A DNA stretch of 32,000 nucleotides from Candidatus Harpocratesius repetitus (GCA_021498095.1 JAIZWK010000001.1:4329486-4361485); one strand, 5' to 3'. Positions 9,423 through 19,183 are shown, numbered from the stretch's first letter. Numbers and translations: made by a program. Notes: generated by a model from the sequence alone, not told the origin.

Positions 9423-10097
9423 ATGCCAGATGAAAACGAATATCAAAAAGTTCTCGAACTTATTTCTTATGGAAAATTTGATGAAGCTTTCAAAAAAATT
9501 AAACCTATGCTCAAATCAGAACCTGAAAACCCGGGACTTCTACTTGATGCAGGTTATATTTGTGCTAATTTAGGAAATTTTACAGATGCGATTAAATATT
9601 ATGAAAAAACCATTGAAATGGTACCTGATTCAGCCAGTGGTTATGCTGGATTGGGATTTGTTTATAATTTACAAGATCAACCTGAAAAAGCATTAGAATA
9701 TTTTAAAAAGGGCTTAGAAAAATCACCAGATAATGCACTTATCCACTTTGAAGTAGGGGAAACACTTCTTGAAATGGAACGATTTGAGGAAGCCCTTAAA
9801 TCCTACTATAAAGCAATTCAATTCTCAGGTTCAGAAACAGAAGTTGAAACGCTTCACCGTATTGCACAGGTTCATTTAGGAATGAATAACCCCGATAAAA
9901 CACTAGAAATCGCAAAAAATATATTATCAATCGATCCATCTTATGCAACGATTTACTATGTAATGGCTGGTGCAGAAGCGATGAAAGAAAATTGGGATTC
10001 AGCAAAGTCACATCTTGAAAAATATTTGAAATACTCACCTGAAGATGTAGATGCCAAAGAAATGTTAAAGCATATTGAAGAAGAAATGTCGAAATAA
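9423..10097 (+). CDS. Tetratricopeptide repeat protein
   Basis: About 6 TPR-like units (e.g. AGYICANLGNFTDAIKYYEKTIEMVP, LGFVYNLQDQPEKALEYFKKGLEKSP); ATG at 9423. Confidence 0.92.
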   Translation: MPDENEYQKVLELISYGKFDEAFKKIKPMLKSEPENPGLLLDAGYICANLGNFTDAIKYYEKTIEMVPDSASGYAGLGFVYNLQDQPEKALEYFKKGLEKSPDNALIHFEVGETLLEMERFEEALKSYYKAIQFSGSETEVETLHRIAQVHLGMNNPDKTLEIAKNILSIDPSYATIYYVMAGAEAMKENWDSAKSHLEKYLKYSPEDVDAKEMLKHIEEEMSK

Positions 10098-10186
10098 TCA
10101 AATAATAACCCTATTTTTTTAAATTAACTTAAAATTTTGCAAGATCTTAAATTGCATAGCATAAATTATGTAATAATAAATTATCA

Positions 10187-10208
10187 TAAAACAAAGAAAA
10201 AAAGAAAA
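10187..10208 (-). terminator. U-rich terminator tract after uL15
   Basis: The minus strand reads TTTTCTTTTTTTCTTTGTTTT about 12 nt after the stop, typical of archaeal aCPSF1-dependent terminators. Confidence 0.5.
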
Positions 10209-10219
10209 TTACTTGAAAT

Positions 10220-10717
10220 TTAACTTTCTTCTAACTGTGCAGTTAATTTTAAAACAGCTTTAGCTTCTTTCATCTTTTCTACTGCTAATGCTGACGCACG
10301 TTCAACAGAAATTTCAAGATTTTTTGTAACTTTTCCCTTTCCAAGTAATTTATTGTAATTTAAAGCGCCTAAATCAATGATATACTTACCACCTTTTTGT
10401 TCGATCTTTCCAGCTTCAAGCCAAGTAGGAAGTTTTTCTTCAACATCCTTTAAATTTATTGCTCGAGTCTGATTTAATCGTTGAACTTGAGGAGGTTGTT
10501 TGAATCCTTTCTTTCCAATTTTCCATTTTTCACCATCTGGACCTGGAAAACCAAGTTTTTTCATTTTTAGGTATAAACTCCATTTGTGCTTGAATTTTCC
10601 TGTGGTTAATCCAGTTCCACCACGTTGACCTTTAGCTCGATGAGCACCAATTGTACCGTAGCCTCGAGTTCTATTACCTTGCTGTTTCCGGCTTTTTTTT
10701 TCGAATTTTACTGGCAT
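10220..10717 (-). CDS. rpl15: 50S ribosomal protein uL15
   Basis: GNRTRGYG, HRAKGQRGGTG, GKKGF, KLLGKG; ATG at 10717 with AGGTGA SD. Confidence 0.95.
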   Translation of the reverse strand: MPVKFEKKSRKQQGNRTRGYGTIGAHRAKGQRGGTGLTTGKFKHKWSLYLKMKKLGFPGPDGEKWKIGKKGFKQPPQVQRLNQTRAINLKDVEEKLPTWLEAGKIEQKGGKYIIDLGALNYNKLLGKGKVTKNLEISVERASALAVEKMKEAKAVLKLTAQLEES

Positions 10718-10745
10718 TGTTTTTTTCACCTTTTTCCAGAAATGC

Positions 10746-11279
10746 TTAGATCATTTTTCGTAAATAAATATTGATCTTATCTCCTACTTTACCCAAGGAT
10801 CCACCGGCACCAATAGGTTTCTTGATCGAACCAGGATAACCTCCAATTGGTGGATGAAGTCGAAAGACGGGCTTTAATCCTTTAATTTCTTTTATTGCAA
10901 TTTTTCCTTTATGAATTGCATTGGCGAGATCAGGGATGGATTTATACACGGTTTCAGTTCGAACAAAATGATCAGTTAAAGGTTTATTACCTTCGAGTAG
11001 AGCGCGTTTTTCGAGTAATCTTTTTATATTATCAGCGGATACTGGTCCATAGGCAACATAATCCTTTACTTTTTGAATCATTCCTCGAACAGAAGGAGTA
11101 GTTTTAACTAATACTGCACTATTTACACGGTAAAGATTCAATAAATGTAATGTATGCAAGATTTTTCGATTCATCCCATGAGCACCACGAATCCTTATTA
11201 TACAATAGATTTCTTCTTCGGGGATTTTCGCTTTTTTTGTAGATGTTGATTTAGCGGTAGTTTTGACTTTACTTGACAT
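10746..11279 (-). CDS. rpl30: 50S ribosomal protein uL30 (long archaeal form)
   Basis: IIRIRG, TLHLLNL, GMIQKVKDYVAYG, PVFRLHPPIGG. Confidence 0.96.
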   Translation of the reverse strand: MSSKVKTTAKSTSTKKAKIPEEEIYCIIRIRGAHGMNRKILHTLHLLNLYRVNSAVLVKTTPSVRGMIQKVKDYVAYGPVSADNIKRLLEKRALLEGNKPLTDHFVRTETVYKSIPDLANAIHKGKIAIKEIKGLKPVFRLHPPIGGYPGSIKKPIGAGGSLGKVGDKINIYLRKMI

Positions 11280-11306
11280 AATCATCACCATTATTTAGAG
11301 GCTTAT

Positions 11307-12005
11307 TTAAGCCCCCCAATCTTTAGCTGTCATTACTTTATACATATTTTCCAAAGCATTAAAGACAGCTTTTGCCATATTTGTTCTGGATTTTGTATTT
11401 CCTTTTGTTACAGTCCATACATCTGTAATTCCAGCCAATCGGAGCACCAGTTTTGCAGTATCAGAACAAGCTAAACCAGTTCCTTTCGGTGCAGGTTTTA
11501 ATGTGACTCGAACACTTCCCATTTTACCAGATGTCTCAAAAGGAATGGAGTGATTTCCACCACAATTACATTCCCAACTTCCACATCCCCGTTTCACAGG
11601 AATCATGCTCAATTTTGCTTTAGCGATTGCTTTTCGGATTCCAGGACCTACTTCTTTGTTTTTTGAAGAATATAACCCAACAAATCCATCTTCATTACCG
11701 ACTACTACAGAACATTTAAATCGTGATTGTTCACCTGCATCGGTTTGCTTTTGTACCATTTTTATGTCAATTACTTCTTCTTTTAAATTGGGTATTAAGA
11801 AATCTAAGATTTCTTTTTCTTTGATGACATAATTATTACGAAGAATTTCTTCAATTGAAGTAATCTGCCCCGCTTTTACCATTTTCCCTAAGTGAGTTAA
11901 TGGTTCCCAATCATCCAATGGATTTCTCCGCTGCATTGTGCGCTTACTTCGCCTGGCACCTCGTCGGGGGGATCTATTTCGTTTACGTGATTCATTTTCT
12001 GACAT
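11307..12005 (-). CDS. rps5: 30S ribosomal protein uS5
   Basis: WEPLTHLGKMVK, VQKQTDAGEQSRF, RGCGSWEC, PAPKGTGL. Confidence 0.97.
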   Translation of the reverse strand: MSENESRKRNRSPRRGARRSKRTMQRRNPLDDWEPLTHLGKMVKAGQITSIEEILRNNYVIKEKEILDFLIPNLKEEVIDIKMVQKQTDAGEQSRFKCSVVVGNEDGFVGLYSSKNKEVGPGIRKAIAKAKLSMIPVKRGCGSWECNCGGNHSIPFETSGKMGSVRVTLKPAPKGTGLACSDTAKLVLRLAGITDVWTVTKGNTKSRTNMAKAVFNALENMYKVMTAKDWGA

Positions 12006-12009
12006 TTAA

Positions 12010-12600
12010 TTACACCTTACTCTCTATTTCTTTCAAAATTTTCTCAAAATCCGAATCAATTTTGGTAGGATCACCCTTTTTCTTTAAAACTGCAGAAAAT
12101 TTCTTTTTATATAAGTTTGAATTTTCTTTTTTCAACTGTTTTGCATATTCTGCAATATGAACCCCCTTGATTCGTTCTTCGATTCCATTGAAAAACCAAC
12201 TTTCTTCAACAGGAACTTCAATTCCTGCATCTAAAAAGCCTTTAACTGCTGCTTTAACCCGATTATCATGCACCAATATTCCAACATCAACTATTGCGTC
12301 AGAAATCCCTATTTTCTTTGCACGTAATCCACATAAATACCCAGCTAAATATGCTGACGGTAAATTACCAAGATTTTGTTTCCAATTAAAATCTTTTACA
12401 AGCTGTTGTGTGTGCACATGAGTTAAGATTTTATCTCCTTCAATTTTTGATTCAACCACTTGAACTATTGTATGCTTATTTGAACAACGAACTACTAAGC
12501 GATTACGACGTGATTGAATTAATTTTAATCTGCGATGATAATTAGTTTTCCCTTCTCGTCTTCGACGGAATGGAACTCGATATTTTGGTCCTTTAGCCAT
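12010..12600 (-). CDS. rpl18: 50S ribosomal protein uL18
   Basis: MAKGPKYRVPFRRRREGKTNYHRRLKL, NLPSAYLAG; start reassigned to ATG 12600. Confidence 0.97.
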   Translation of the reverse strand: MAKGPKYRVPFRRRREGKTNYHRRLKLIQSRRNRLVVRCSNKHTIVQVVESKIEGDKILTHVHTQQLVKDFNWKQNLGNLPSAYLAGYLCGLRAKKIGISDAIVDVGILVHDNRVKAAVKGFLDAGIEVPVEESWFFNGIEERIKGVHIAEYAKQLKKENSNLYKKKFSAVLKKKGDPTKIDSDFEKILKEIESKV

Positions 12601-12616
12601 TTCATTCACCTTCTCT

Positions 12617-13066
12617 CTAACTTCTCCACATCTTATGTTCATTAATATATCGATGCAAAGTGGCAACAGAATTAAATGTTCCACCTTTTGCTTTCAAATA
12701 AAGCTCTCGATATGTTGATACTTCTATTTGTTCAGTATCTCGTAATTTTTTAAGTTCACGACGTAAAGGTCTAATACGGTTTATCCAATTACGTTTACTG
12801 GGAGAACGAGCTGTTTTATTCCCTTTTCGACTTCCAATTCCGCGAGCACGCCCTTTTTGTTTCTTTAATTTCTTTTCTTTAGCTCGAAATCTTGAAACTC
12901 CAATTTTGGGGCGTTTAATAATTATTTTATTTTTAATTAAATTTTTAATATCTTCACGGGTTATGGCCATCAAGACATCTTCAATATATTCAGGATGGAT
13001 ATATACTCGATGGATTCCACATTTGAGAATGTCGGCAGCTAATCGTTTCTGAGCATTAATATTCAT
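12617..13066 (-). CDS. rpl19e: 50S ribosomal protein eL19
   Basis: QKRLAADILKCG, AITREDI, GSRKG, YRELYLKAKGG. Confidence 0.97.
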   Translation of the reverse strand: MNINAQKRLAADILKCGIHRVYIHPEYIEDVLMAITREDIKNLIKNKIIIKRPKIGVSRFRAKEKKLKKQKGRARGIGSRKGNKTARSPSKRNWINRIRPLRRELKKLRDTEQIEVSTYRELYLKAKGGTFNSVATLHRYINEHKMWRS

Positions 13067-13083
13067 ATTTTTCACCTATTTTT

Positions 13084-13581
13084 CTATTCTTCTTCATCCT
13101 CTGTTTGATCTTCTTCAGAATCTTCTTCATCGAGATCTTCATTTTCTTCTAATTCTTCCTCATCAATACCCTCAATTTCCATTAGTTCTTCCTTGGAAAT
13201 ACCTAAATTTAAAACACGAAATCCTTTCTCTTGAGCATATTCAATGAGAGCAATTCGCTTGCGTGCACCTAAACGCGAATTAATCCGAACAGCATGAATT
13301 TTTGGATCTAATTCATCAATATCTTTAGTATGAATGACATTTATATCTTTAAATCCTGATGGATGAAGTCCACGAATTGCCTTAGGATTTCGATAACCAG
13401 GCTCGGGGGATTTCACACCAGTTTTCGTTTTTCGACGTGTTTTATTATCAATCCCACGTTGTTTGCGCCATCCAGATTTTGATAATTTTTTATATCGCCA
13501 AGATTCATAACGTCGGAAACTCGGGCGCTTTTTGTTTTGTATTCTTCGAATTCGCATTAAGCGTGATTTATCTTCTACCAT
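13084..13581 (-). CDS. rpl32e: 50S ribosomal protein eL32 with acidic tail
   Basis: WRKQRGIDNK, GYRNPKAIRGLHPSG, RKRIAL. Confidence 0.96.
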   Translation of the reverse strand: MVEDKSRLMRIRRIQNKKRPSFRRYESWRYKKLSKSGWRKQRGIDNKTRRKTKTGVKSPEPGYRNPKAIRGLHPSGFKDINVIHTKDIDELDPKIHAVRINSRLGARKRIALIEYAQEKGFRVLNLGISKEELMEIEGIDEEELEENEDLDEEDSEEDQTEDEEE

Positions 13582-13595
13582 GATGATTCACTCCT

Positions 13596-14171
13596 TTATC
13601 GAAGTTCCCATAAAACTTCTTCACCAACTAATTTTTTATAGACATAAACACCGTCTTGAAAAACCCGCTTATCTTTTTCTCGAATTTTACACAATTTCTG
13701 AATGTTAGCGCAAGTTTGACCGACGTGTTCTTTACTCACACCAGAAACAATGACTTCTTCTTTATTGGCTTTTATTTTTACATCGCCAATTTTTTTGGTT
13801 ACTCGAGGTGCTCGTTCACCAATAAAATTTCGGATTAAAATTTCATCAGATTTACCTTTTGGAGGTTCGACTGTAATTGGAAAATGACTATATACAATTT
13901 TCATTCTATACTCATATCCCATTTGAACACCTTTAATCATGTTTCCGATTATATTTTTGATGGTATACATCTTTGCAATATCATTTTTACGAGGAAAATC
14001 TACATGAAGGTAAATAATATTTCCAATTAATTTTAGATCAATTTTCTTTGCATGAGAAAAATCTTTTATAATTTTTCCTTTCTTACCTTCTAATGTCAAA
14101 ATTTTATCTTTCAAACTTACTGAGATATCATCAGGAATTTTGACTTCTTCATCAACTGCTACATATTTCAT
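13596..14171 (-). CDS. rpl6: 50S ribosomal protein uL6
   Basis: IVYSHFPI, NFIGER, DKRVFQDGVY. Confidence 0.97.
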   Translation of the reverse strand: MKYVAVDEEVKIPDDISVSLKDKILTLEGKKGKIIKDFSHAKKIDLKLIGNIIYLHVDFPRKNDIAKMYTIKNIIGNMIKGVQMGYEYRMKIVYSHFPITVEPPKGKSDEILIRNFIGERAPRVTKKIGDVKIKANKEEVIVSGVSKEHVGQTCANIQKLCKIREKDKRVFQDGVYVYKKLVGEEVLWELR

Positions 14172-14191
14172 TTGACATCATCCTATAAGTA

Positions 14192-14581
14192 TTAATATAC
14201 ATATGCAATAAGCCTTCCACCGATATGTTTTTCTTTAGCTTCTTGATGAGACATCACTCCTTGGTTAGTGCTTATTAAAAGCATTCCAAAGTTTATTGCA
14301 GGTAAATATTGTTTCTCTGCACTTTCGATGTTTCGAGCTTTTATCGGTTTTCGGGGTTTAATTACACCAATTTTATTAATGCGTCCGAGTAATTCAACTT
14401 TAAATTTTCCTTCTCGACCATCATTAATTGATTCATATTCTGCAATATATCCATTCGCTTGTAAAATCCGAAGAACTGTACCAATCATTTTTGAGCGTGG
14501 TCGTATAACTACGGTACTTTTACAAACTGATTCGGCATTTTTAATAATACTACAAGCGTCAGCTAAAGGATCTAATAACAT
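14192..14581 (-). CDS. rps8: 30S ribosomal protein uS8
   Basis: [39 protein letters not shown]. Confidence 0.97.
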   Translation of the reverse strand: MLLDPLADACSIIKNAESVCKSTVVIRPRSKMIGTVLRILQANGYIAEYESINDGREGKFKVELLGRINKIGVIKPRKPIKARNIESAEKQYLPAINFGMLLISTNQGVMSHQEAKEKHIGGRLIAYVY

Positions 14582-14603
14582 TTTTTGTGTTCACCTCATA
14601 CCT

Positions 14604-14768
14604 CTAAAAATATTTTTTAAATCCCATCTTTGGAGCAACTTCTCGGAAACATCTTCGACATATATCCAATCCATATCTTCGTATTAATCCTCGATGTGTA
14701 CCGCATCTTCGGCATTCCCGGGCTCCTTTTCCTTTTTTCGTTAATGAAAATGTTCGTTTTTCTGACAT
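14604..14768 (-). CDS. rps14: 30S ribosomal protein uS14 (Zn-binding, 54 aa)
   Basis: Below the ORF-track length cut-off; by hand [54 protein letters not shown], with CxxC...CxxC, in its canonical position. Confidence 0.97.
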   Translation of the reverse strand: MSEKRTFSLTKKGKGARECRRCGTHRGLIRRYGLDICRRCFREVAPKMGFKKYF

Positions 14769-14784
14769 TTTTTACACCTATCAC

Positions 14785-15354
14785 CTAATAAAATCGTTGC
14801 TCCATAACATCAACAATTTCTACTTTGAGAAATTTCTGCATGAAATACATTGCTTCATCTTTTGAAACGTAATGATGTTCACCAACTTTTCGGCGATCTT
14901 TTTTACGATATTTTATGCGATGTCCCGGACGCTCAATTTTACATGAAACATTGAAACCAAAGATTCCCAAATCAGGATCATATTTGATTCCAGGGACTTT
15001 AATATGTTCATCTACACCAAAGCTAAAGTTTCCTTTATGATCAAATGCTTTTCTTAATATTCGATTATCATAAATAATCAACACTTTCTTCAAGAATTCT
15101 TCAGCTTCTTTTTTACGAAGAGTAACACGAGCACCAATCGCTTGGTTTTTTCGAATTGCCCATTCTTTTACATTTTTTTTAGCTTTTGTAGTAGATGGTT
15201 TTTTATCTGTTAATTCAAATAATACTCGACGAGCTTTCTTAAGTTCTTGGGCTCCAGAACTTCCTATACCAATATTAACCACAACTTTACTAATAAAGGG
15301 TTTTTGCATAGGATGCTTCCATCTTTGTTCAAATTCTTTATAATTCTGTACCAT
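14785..15354 (-). CDS. rpl5: 50S ribosomal protein uL5
   Basis: KVVVNIGIG, IGARVTLR, GNFSFGVDEHI, YDPDLGIFG; ATG at 15354. Confidence 0.97.
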   Translation of the reverse strand: MVQNYKEFEQRWKHPMQKPFISKVVVNIGIGSSGAQELKKARRVLFELTDKKPSTTKAKKNVKEWAIRKNQAIGARVTLRKKEAEEFLKKVLIIYDNRILRKAFDHKGNFSFGVDEHIKVPGIKYDPDLGIFGFNVSCKIERPGHRIKYRKKDRRKVGEHHYVSKDEAMYFMQKFLKVEIVDVMEQRFY

Positions 15355-15361
15355 TTGATTC

Positions 15362-16123
15362 TCATACCTCCAATGGTAAATCGATAGCAGGCTTATCATT
15401 TCCAATTATAAAAACATAGTCATAAGATGTACTTAATTCACCATGCTCAGTAGAAATAATAGCCAATGAAGCATTTACTCCGAAACGTTTTATTAATTCT
15501 TTAACCTGTCCAGAAACACCGATGTTCTTCCCTTGATAGATCATAGCTTGATTTCCTTCTTCAAGTGGAAAATAATCAAGAATCTTTTGATCTGGAAGAG
15601 ATATTTTCAGTGTTCCACCCGTCTTGTAGGGGATAGATGGCTTTTCTTTCGGGTTATCGATTAAAATACGAATATTTCGACCGTCATGAAGGTTTAATTG
15701 TAAATGTCCACCACGTAAAGTTGTTATTTTTAAGATTTTACATAATTTGAATTTAGCTTCTTCTTTTGTAATTTCGCTTAATATCAACCCGTGATTTCGT
15801 GACGGCAATACTCGATAAGCCTTGTTAATTTCATGCAATTCGACTACATCCATTAACCCAACAGGAAATCTAATATCATTTTGGGGTTTCCCATCGATAA
15901 ATACTTGACCTTTATTTAAAATGAATTTTGTTTCTTTTATATTATTACTAACTTTTAGAAGATCGCGAAATATATGACCTAAAGGCAAGCTAAAATTGAA
16001 GGGATGTGGTCCAGGTCGAGCTTTTAAGAAAAATTTCCCCGCTTTACGATTTTTACGTTGAATTTGTAAATAACCCGGAGAAGCTAATCTTTTTAAGTAT
16101 CGTTTATTTCCTTTACTACCCAT
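15362..16123 (-). CDS. rps4e: 30S ribosomal protein eS4
   Basis: LKRLASP, PGPHP, FPVGLMDV, QLNLHDGRN. Confidence 0.97.
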   Translation of the reverse strand: MGSKGNKRYLKRLASPGYLQIQRKNRKAGKFFLKARPGPHPFNFSLPLGHIFRDLLKVSNNIKETKFILNKGQVFIDGKPQNDIRFPVGLMDVVELHEINKAYRVLPSRNHGLILSEITKEEAKFKLCKILKITTLRGGHLQLNLHDGRNIRILIDNPKEKPSIPYKTGGTLKISLPDQKILDYFPLEEGNQAMIYQGKNIGVSGQVKELIKRFGVNASLAIISTEHGELSTSYDYVFIIGNDKPAIDLPLEV

Positions 16124-16126
16124 AGT

Positions 16127-16558
16127 TTATTTTCCTCCTTTACTGGATTTTCCTTTTTTTGGAGATGTTGAGGAGACTATCTCGAGTTTTTCTTTTCGAT
16201 CAATCATTTTTTCGCGCCATGGATCCATTTTTTTCTCTCCAAATTTAGTTAAAACTATTTTTGAAATGGGTACAGGAACGAAATAATTGGAACTATCCCG
16301 TTTTTGAAGTGTTGCTTCTTCGATGGTAACTTTACGGGATTTCTTTAATATATCTAAAACTTTTCCTTCAATACCTTCAAATTGACCTGAAATAATCCGA
16401 ACAGAATCATTCTTTCTTACGGGTAATCGTTTTACACCATATTCTGCTTGTAAATTTTCATCAAGCCTAACGGTAAATAATTTGCTAACTTGATGGTTTT
16501 TAATCTTACGCAGAGCATTTCTTTGTTTTGAAGGTTTTTTACTTTTTATTCTAACCAT
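16127..16558 (-). CDS. rpl24: 50S ribosomal protein uL24
   Basis: SKKPSKQR, LPVRKNDSVRIISG, GIEGKV. Confidence 0.95.
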   Translation of the reverse strand: MVRIKSKKPSKQRNALRKIKNHQVSKLFTVRLDENLQAEYGVKRLPVRKNDSVRIISGQFEGIEGKVLDILKKSRKVTIEEATLQKRDSSNYFVPVPISKIVLTKFGEKKMDPWREKMIDRKEKLEIVSSTSPKKGKSSKGGK

Positions 16559-16574
16559 TTTTTTCTACCTACAC

Positions 16575-17003
16575 TTATATGATAAGACTTGCAACATTAC
16601 TTATTCGAGGCCATAAATCTGCAGATTCGCGTGCAATTGGGCCACTGATGGAACTTCCTTTTGGATCTCCATCATCGGTAACTAAAACAGCTGCATTATC
16701 TTCAAATTGAATTCTTGTACCATCAATTCTATGAATAATTTGTTTTTGACGAACAATCACTGCTTTCATAACTTTTTTACGTAAATCAGGATTTCCTTTT
16801 TTGATACTTACAACTACCATATCTCCAACACAAGCGTTAGGATATCTGTTTAAGCGAGTTTTTCTTCCAATAACTGCAATAACTTTTCCAAGCTTAGCAC
16901 CGCTGTTATCGGTAATTTTAACTATGGTTTCAGTGGAAATACCACGTGTGATTTTAGTCCTAAAAACTGATGATGTTTTTGGTCCAGATCTTCGTCCACC
17001 CAT
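16575..17003 (-). CDS. rpl14: 50S ribosomal protein uL14
   Basis: DNSGAK, VGDMVVVSIKKG, AVIVRQK, FEDNAAVL. Confidence 0.97.
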   Translation of the reverse strand: MGGRRSGPKTSSVFRTKITRGISTETIVKITDNSGAKLGKVIAVIGRKTRLNRYPNACVGDMVVVSIKKGNPDLRKKVMKAVIVRQKQIIHRIDGTRIQFEDNAAVLVTDDGDPKGSSISGPIARESADLWPRISNVASLII

Positions 17004-17006
17004 TTA

Positions 17007-17363
17007 TTATTCCTCCTTCGTTATTCGTTCAATAACAACAAAATCCACCGTTTTTGCTAATTTCCGGCATTGTGCAATTCTCACCATATCTCCTTCTTGA
17101 ACGTCAATACAGGGTGGAAGATGAGCTGCAATCTTGGATCGTCGTCGTTCATACCGCTGATATTTTGGTACATAGTAATTATAATCTCTTTGTATTACAA
17201 TGGTACCGTGCATTTTGGTAGATACCACAACACCAGATAAAATCCTCCCACGAAGACTTAATTCACCGTGAAAGGGGCAATTGGGATCTTCACATATTCG
17301 ATTAGGTTCCTTTACATCGGGAATACCTATATTATGTGTTTCAGTCAATCTCATACTCTCCAT
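17007..17363 (-). CDS. rps17: 30S ribosomal protein uS17
   Basis: CEDPNCPFHG, LRGRILSGVV, PKYQRYERRRSKI, CRKLAKT. Confidence 0.97.
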   Translation of the reverse strand: MESMRLTETHNIGIPDVKEPNRICEDPNCPFHGELSLRGRILSGVVVSTKMHGTIVIQRDYNYYVPKYQRYERRRSKIAAHLPPCIDVQEGDMVRIAQCRKLAKTVDFVVIERITKEE

Positions 17364-17367
17364 TCTT

Positions 17368-17691
17368 TTAATGATATTTTTTATGTATTTTTTTTCGTAT
17401 TAGTTTAATGCGTTGTTCTGGTTTTCCAGCAATTTTGATTCCATCAAATTCCAATAAAATTTTAGAACCATCATCTTGAGGGAGCCAGACTCTAAATATA
17501 TATTCTTTTTTAACAAAAATTTTGGTGGATTGATGCTGTTGCATAATAATTGTATTTTTTGTTTCATCAATACACTTTCCAATGAATTTGAATTCTTTCC
17601 AAGTTGGATTTGTTTTGTGTTTTGCATCTAATTCCACACCAATTAAATCTAAATAAATAAACCATTCAGGATTATTTCTCATGTTTTTCAT
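17368..17691 (-). CDS. rnp1: Ribonuclease P protein component Rpp29/POP4
   Basis: LIGVELD, GKCIDETKNT, DGIKIAGKPEQRIK, canonical position between uL29 and uS17; start may be 17682. Confidence 0.85.
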   Translation of the reverse strand: MKNMRNNPEWFIYLDLIGVELDAKHKTNPTWKEFKFIGKCIDETKNTIIMQQHQSTKIFVKKEYIFRVWLPQDDGSKILLEFDGIKIAGKPEQRIKLIRKKIHKKYH

Positions 17692-17872
17692 TGATTACTG
17701 TTAAAATTCTGGCAATAGATTTCTTTAATTCACGAATCTTCGATGGATCTTGCATAGTTCCACCCATTGCATTTGAACTTCGTACTTTAAACAATTCTTT
17801 CTGTAGATCTTCAAGTTTTTTTTCTCGTTCGATGGAACTCATATTCCGAATATCTTTGATTTTTACTTTCAT
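17672..17872 (-). CDS. rpl29: 50S ribosomal protein uL29
   Basis: KIRELKKSIARILTVINE. Confidence 0.95.
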   Translation of the reverse strand: MKVKIKDIRNMSSIEREKKLEDLQKELFKVRSSNAMGGTMQDPSKIRELKKSIARILTVINEKHEK

Positions 17873-17892
17873 TTATTTCACCATTAATTTTT

Positions 17893-18705
17893 TTATTCAT
17901 CAACATCAAGATCGTCAGATTCTTCTTCTAAGTCATTGAGTATCTCTTCTTCATCAACAACTTCTTTCTCATCTGCTGTAATAATTGAGGCTTCATCTAC
18001 ATCACTTGTGTCTTCAAAGATTTCTTCATCTTCATCTTCTGGAAGTTCATCTTGATAAAAGGGATCAACTCCTTCATCAGTTTTCTTTTCTTCAGCAGAA
18101 CGATCAAAAATACCTTCTAATATCTCAACTTCATCAGGTAATTGATAAGATTCAGGCATAATTTTAACTCGAATTCCTAATACTCCAGATTTTAAAGTAA
18201 GATGACAGACACCTCGAGATACACCTTCATCTGCAGGGGTTCCACATTTAGAAATAACACCAGCTCGAAATACTTGTGAACGTGCTCGTTGAGAAGTAAC
18301 CTTTCCACTTATATGAACTTCAACTCCTCTTGCACCTGCGCGCATAATTCGACGAATAATGCTGTAGGTCGCTCGTCGGTAGTTTTGTCCTTTTTGGATA
18401 GCATATGCAATACGTTCCGCTTGAATTTGAGCATTTAATTCAGGATTTTCAACAGTTTCAACATCAATAGTTGGTACATTAATATTGAACTTTTCTTTAA
18501 CTGCATCAGTTAATTCTTTCACCTTTGCACCTCTTCGTCCAATAACAATTCCTGGTCGAGAAGTTTTAATGGTGATTCGTGTTCCCATAGGTGTTTTTTG
18601 AAGAGAGCATCCCGCGTATCCAGAATTATCAAGTTCAGAAGCAAGATATTCTTCAATTAAGGTATGTTGAAGCCCTCTATTAACAAAATGTTTTTTGACT
18701 GGCAT
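17893..18705 (-). CDS. rps3: 30S ribosomal protein uS3 with long acidic tail
   Basis: RPGIVIGRRG KH motif, PELNA, GARGVEVHISGK, GVLGIRVKI; ATG at 18705. Confidence 0.97.
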   Translation of the reverse strand: MPVKKHFVNRGLQHTLIEEYLASELDNSGYAGCSLQKTPMGTRITIKTSRPGIVIGRRGAKVKELTDAVKEKFNINVPTIDVETVENPELNAQIQAERIAYAIQKGQNYRRATYSIIRRIMRAGARGVEVHISGKVTSQRARSQVFRAGVISKCGTPADEGVSRGVCHLTLKSGVLGIRVKIMPESYQLPDEVEILEGIFDRSAEEKKTDEGVDPFYQDELPEDEDEEIFEDTSDVDEASIITADEKEVVDEEEILNDLEEESDDLDVDE

Positions 18706-18715
18706 AAGATTCACT

Positions 18716-19183
18716 TTATATTTCGGTTAAGACAATTTCTATGTGAGTTAAAACTCTAAAATAAGGAGTACTTCGACCGTGGGCGCGTTCAATATATTGC
18801 TTAACTTTTCTTCCCCGCATTACAGCAGAATGAGTTATTTTTAACCTTTCGGGATCTAATCCTTTATATTCTGCATTAGATTCAGCATTGATTAAAACTT
18901 CATAAACCATTCTGGCTGATTTTTCAGGAAAACGACCGGAAGGAAATTTAAAATTTTTCAAACCATGACGATGTCCTACTTTTTTATTATATCGCTTAAA
19001 AGGAACTGCTTTTTTTAACAATATGACATCTTCTAAATAGTTTTTCGCGGTTTCCAATTTCATCCCTTTTATGACGTTACAAACTTCTCGTGTATTCTTA
19101 GGAGAGACATCAAGTTCTCTACCAACCGCTGTTGCAGTCCTGTCCGGATCTAAGCCTTGAACACTCATTTTCCAATTAGGCAT
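18716..19183 (-). CDS. rpl22: 50S ribosomal protein uL22
   Basis: VSPKNTREV, AVPFKRY, GRFPEKSA, RAHGR, THIEIVL. Confidence 0.97.
   Translation of the reverse strand: MPNWKMSVQGLDPDRTATAVGRELDVSPKNTREVCNVIKGMKLETAKNYLEDVILLKKAVPFKRYNKKVGHRHGLKNFKFPSGRFPEKSARMVYEVLINAESNAEYKGLDPERLKITHSAVMRGRKVKQYIERAHGRSTPYFRVLTHIEIVLTEI

Larger units (their letters stand above)
10720..17015 (-). promoter_or_regulatory. Shine-Dalgarno-like GGTGA/AGGTG/GGAG motifs before most r-protein starts
   Basis: Plus-strand tcacct, tacacct, cactcct and ttcctcc sit 5-10 nt upstream of the uL15, uL30, uS5, uL18, eL19, eL32, uS8, uS14, eS4 and uL14 starts. Confidence 0.7.

Noticed and set aside
12601-15405. Long N-terminal extensions on uL18 and uL5 in the ORF track
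   Set aside because: They overlap upstream genes; downstream ATGs have SD motifs and give normal protein starts.
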